NCBI GenBank assembly: GCA_040954595.2
Contig: CM082597.2
Location: 2,478,449-2,542,448, forward strand
DNA length: 64,000 nt
Reading direction: 5' to 3'
Source of the DNA: Balanoglossus misakiensis
Lineage: Eukaryota > Animalia > Hemichordata
This document shows, piece by piece, positions 61,101 to 64,000 of this stretch. The position numbers were made by a program, and so were the translations under genes. Within the stretch, counting starts at the first letter, position 1. Each line of letters begins with the position of its first letter. Below the pieces are notes generated by a model that was not told the origin of the DNA, searched no databases, and saw only the letters and a list, made by a program, of their open reading frames with translations.

Positions 61101-64000
61101 GTTGACACAGTGTTCTTGAAAATTTGTGCAACAATTTTTTTCACGTTTTTTCTGGCCCATGTGAAGTTCTCGAAAATTTATCACTCGCGAAAATTTCCCT
61201 ATTAACAGTACTACCCAATAAAAATTGTATTACCTTAGAGTGCCACATTCGTCAGTTTCAGCTACAGCGAATTCCCACTTGAAGAAATCCTGGTCACCAT
61301 CTTGGTTCACCCAGACGTCGTTCACCCTTTTCAAATCAAAGAAGAATTTCGTGTAGGCAGTGGTCTTCGTGTCAAGAAACTCGCCGATCATCTTATTGGT
61401 TCCTGGGTTTGGCGAGACGGCCAATCGACCGCCCCTGGCAAGACACCCATCGGCAGCGTCTGTCCCCGAGACTGGTGAGGGGTTCAACCAATATCGGACG
61501 TCGTTTCGAACTGGTAATGAGAAGAATCATTGGCAGAAATTTGAGTTAAACGCTCTAATTTTGAATTGTAGCAATGTCAACTTTACCTTCAACGGCACAA
61601 AGCAAACATTTACGTTCCCTAAATATCTTCTCATATGTATTTAACCATTTTCTTTTATACTGACTATTCAACTTTGTACAGGGAATCACTCACCTTCACA
61701 GAATTCTCCTGTCCATCCTTGCGAGCATGCGCATGCACAGCCATTGTCAATGTCCGCAACAACCTGGCCATTAATGCACCACAAGTCTGACGAGCAATCT
61801 GCGAAATGAAAAGTGAAACATTTGAGAAATTTTCATCGAGACGTGAAGTGGTGGTGAGCAACAAGAAGGTTCAACATATGTCATGAACAAAGTCAACAAA
61901 ATCACACATTCATTGTAGAGTGTCTCCTCATGATTTCATTATATTAACGGCAGGAATTCAAACTCACCAAATTCACAGATGTATTTTCGACTGTTTGCAG
62001 TGCAGTCTATCATGTACCATTCGACGACACCATCTAACACACTGAAAAATAAAATAATTCATCTGTCAGTTTGAGCTTGGTGTACTAATTAACACAACCA
62101 TTGAGTATCATTATTTGTTTTCATGATTGTTTCGGTCCTCTCGATTAAGTGCATGTGCTCATTTTAACAGCAGATGTTGTATTTATGCCAATTACCTGAC
62201 GTAGGTACACTCTTTTCCTTCAGGGTTGTTGGCAGCATTCTTGTTCCACAAAGTGAAACCTCCCTGTTGGTTGACATCATCTGCCATCCAGGCGCCATAG
62301 CTTTTGTAGAGACCAACCAAAATTTCACTTTCTGCGGTGGTGTTGATGAATGCCATGAGATTGTCAAACATTTCCGGAGACTGCATCCGTGCCAAGTCAC
62401 CACCGAAGTATTCGCAGGTGTCCCACGCAGTGATGTAGTCGGCTGGTGTTGATGAGAGTCGATAACGAACTGTTGCTGGCGTGTCAGGTTCTGGAAAAAG
62501 AATTTGATGGTTTGATAATAAGTAGAATAACTCCAATGACCTCGCAATAGAACGGAGATTATATTTATGCTTCAGTCACGCATAAAACTCATCGGAGAAA
62601 ATGTTTCGTACAAGTGTCATGTACTCACGTAGACAAAATGGTCCTTTCCAGCCTACTGCACAGGTACATGAGCAATACCCATTCTCCAGATCTATGGTGA
62701 CTTGTCCACCATTTCTACACCAAGGAGAACCATTCAAGCAATCTGTGTAAAATGTCACCAAAACATTTCAGACATTGCCTCAATTAAACACCAATTAATA
62801 TAATATTTAAAAGTTACACAATGCTAACCAAAGGGCAAAGGGAAACAGGCTACAATTTCTCTGTCTACTAATGCAATATATAAACTGAATATAGATACTT
62901 GCCAAATTCACAAATACTAAGCCTTCCGAGAGCTGCAGTGCATAAAAGAGGTTGGAAACCATAATCTTTGTCCTTCCTGTAATGTACAAAATAAAACAGA
63001 TCAGAATAGACATTGAGAAATGACAAGTGTGATACAAGATGAGTTTTTGATAATAAATACCAATATTTCTGTGAGAATACTTCTTTATCTATATTGTATA
63101 TACAAGATAATTTATACACACACACACAAACATACAGACAGACATATATTTTTACCTGAGAACAGCACAGTCGTCGATAGCATCCACACTAAAAGCCCAA
63201 TCAAAGTAGTCTTGTTGGCCATCACTGTTAACCCACAAATCATTTTCCTTTCTCAAGTCGAAATAAATACTATCATCTGGAACAGTCTGCGTTGAGATAA
63301 ATGCACCAATACCCTGCTGTGTACCAAAATTTGGCACAACCGCAAGCCTACCACCCATAGCAACGCATTCATCATTGGCTGTTAGCCCTGACACTGGTAG
63401 TAAGTTCACCCAATACATAAGATCAGTGTAAACTGCAATGTATAATATAAGAACACAAATATTAACAAGGATTCTCCTGGTGGTGATATCTTGCTAGTTA
63501 ATAGCGTACTTCATCGCATGATTTGACGTCAATTAGCAAAGACTACAATAGGTTTTATTCTGAAATTATTGTAAATGTTTATAGCCCTTAGGAATGGTAC
63601 TATTTTTGCATTCTGTTGTGTACTTCTAAAAGATATATAAAGAAATAAACATCTTGTTGTACCTTCACAGAATTCTCCACTCCAACCACTGTTGCAGCTA
63701 CAGAAACAACCTTCTTCAGCATGTGCAGTTATCACGCCATTGTTACACCATGTGCCACCCGAACAATCTAATCATGGAAAAGACATAAACCAAGCCTGTT
63801 AAATATCAGTGACACTGTTTAAATTGTTTTCATTTATTTAAGCTGATAACACCAGATGAACATCATAACAATATTTATTTTCTTAACCATCGTCAAGTAG
63901 GAATATTTTTTTAAACAGTTACAGGAAAGTAAAGTAGGTTTTAAACTTACCAAATTCACAGACATGCTTTCGACTGGCAATAGTACAGTCCGTCATGTAC
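45320..64000 (-). CDS. Giant multi-exon mosaic protein, 5' end outside the window: (CTL-EGF)x>=7, linker, ADAMTS-like prodomain, inactive M12B domain, disintegrin-like domain, (CTL-EGF)x2, GH9 endoglucanase
   Basis: 48 manually spliced exons, all phase-compatible, 6,889 nt in the window, no internal stop. In transcript order: 63951-64000, 63663-63767, 63156-63432, 62903-62976, 62629-62742, 62196-62490, 61968-62041, 61694-61798, 61234-61510, 61016-61086, 60761-60865, 60038-60332, 59619-59692, 59318-59428, 58834-59131, 58531-58604, 58238-58345, 57653-57929, 57379-57449, 57018-57122, 56820-56848, 56542-56683, 56222-56338, 55891-56063, 55559-55700, 55063-55295, 54738-54836, 54451-54584, 53857-53991, 53261-53401, 52278-52440, 51988-52101, 51742-51805, 51260-51557, 50974-51041, 50695-50796, 50134-50425, 49700-49767, 49506-49616, 49015-49173, 48499-48683, 48007-48166, 47572-47677, 47107-47269, 46692-46836, 46091-46256, 45547-45734, 45320-45351 (ends GLKYMTDLGF*). 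Confidence 0.82.
45887..45982. mobile_element. Short TTAA-flanked (piggyBac-like) non-autonomous element in an intron
   Basis: TTAA-TACTTTCATCCC...CCATGGTGGTGAAAGGG-TTAA, imperfect inverted ends with TTAA on both sides. Confidence 0.45.
46271..46370. repeat. 50-bp near-perfect tandem duplication
   Basis: TATAGATGGAATTAATTTTCGTTGCATTGGAAACTAACAAGAATACATA occurs twice in succession. Confidence 0.95.
46373..46559. mobile_element. pogo-like MITE (CAGT...ACTG ends, TA target site)
   Basis: TA-CAGTCGAACCTG...GTTTTGACTG-TA, with internal GTGGCCTTTATAGACAGG-type subrepeats. Confidence 0.8.
49506..51557 (-). CDS. Two C-type lectin + EGF modules directly preceding GH9
   Basis: CTL1: SWNEATRVC..FLGF..WAESEPNDNDKECAVL..KWSDHHC..SICMF, then EGF. 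CTL2: NYYDAKSYC..YIDL..WTPAEPKQGQVC..WISSNC..VVCQF, then EGF CECICWPGSYGTFCE. Confidence 0.9.
51742..56338 (-). CDS. ADAMTS/reprolysin (M12B)-type prodomain, metalloprotease-like domain and disintegrin-like domain
   Basis: Prodomain: KAFGCDFYFNLTENIELI, NCHFMGPV..RAAVSPCGSMGG. Polybasic RRQRRLRKRR. Catalytic-type: IHVELMLTVNYDV, DQNPDHYDAAILLS, TIAHEIG, Met-turn GIM. Disintegrin-like: ADVICKTLF..C..CELWC..CGKNKIC..EC. Confidence 0.88.
52521..52732. repeat. About 110-bp tandem duplication (2 copies) in an intron
   Basis: ttgtttatttt..GTCAAATTTGAATCAACGTGGTT..CTGATACTGGTTCCTC.TACGTCAGCAGAAA.TGGTTGTATTGTCATTC occurs twice. Confidence 0.9.
52879..53086. mobile_element. MITE with TA target site, intact copy
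   Basis: Perfect 25-bp TIRs CTGTAAAACACTTTATTTTCGCGAG / CTCGCGAAAATAAAGTGTTTTACAG flanked by TA. Confidence 0.9.
57018..64000 (-). CDS. Tandem array of C-type lectin + EGF modules (6 complete CTL, 1 partial CTL, 7 EGF)
   Basis: Repeating three-exon unit: a 277-298 nt CTL exon (C..GGRLA..(F/Y/V)xGL..W..W..C), a 71-74 nt exon (W..C..(I/V)CEF) and a 105-114 nt EGF exon (C..WC.NG..C.C.C..GW.G.FC). Confidence 0.92.
60347..60568. repeat. 28-bp minisatellite (5 exact copies, 60347-60486) plus degenerate copies
   Basis: Unit TATTGAAAAGTTAAGTTGAAAAGTCTGG read directly. Confidence 0.95.
61130..61210. mobile_element. Partial MITE related to the CTCGCGAAAAT...ACAG-TA family
   Basis: Ends GAAAATTTATCACTCGCGAAAATTTCCCTATTAACAG-TA, resembling the right end of the 52879 MITE. 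Confidence 0.45.

Overview
AT-rich eukaryotic (metazoan) genomic DNA with spliceosomal introns, most likely from a marine invertebrate (an ambulacrarian such as a hemichordate or echinoderm is plausible, by inference only). Four protein-coding genes can be read. Two are paralogous class A neuropeptide-receptor-like GPCRs with intronless CDSs, arranged head-to-head about 37 kb apart (1043-2221 minus; 39584-40825 plus). One is an intronless SLC35G/EamA-type transporter (42073-43104 minus). The fourth is a very large minus-strand gene running off the right edge of the window, which I spliced by hand into 48 phase-compatible exons (45320-64000, about 2,295 aa within the window, no internal stop). 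It encodes an unusual mosaic: at least 7 C-type lectin/EGF modules, a basic cleavage linker, an ADAMTS-type prodomain, an M12B metalloprotease domain whose zinc motif is broken (HEIGLMLGMYYD), a disintegrin-like domain, two more CTL/EGF modules (one with an EPN motif) and a complete C-terminal GH9 endoglucanase (cellulase) domain. The remainder is non-coding, with MITEs, a tRNA-derived SINE and local tandem duplications. All gene models come from reading splice sites and reading frames by eye; there is no transcript support.
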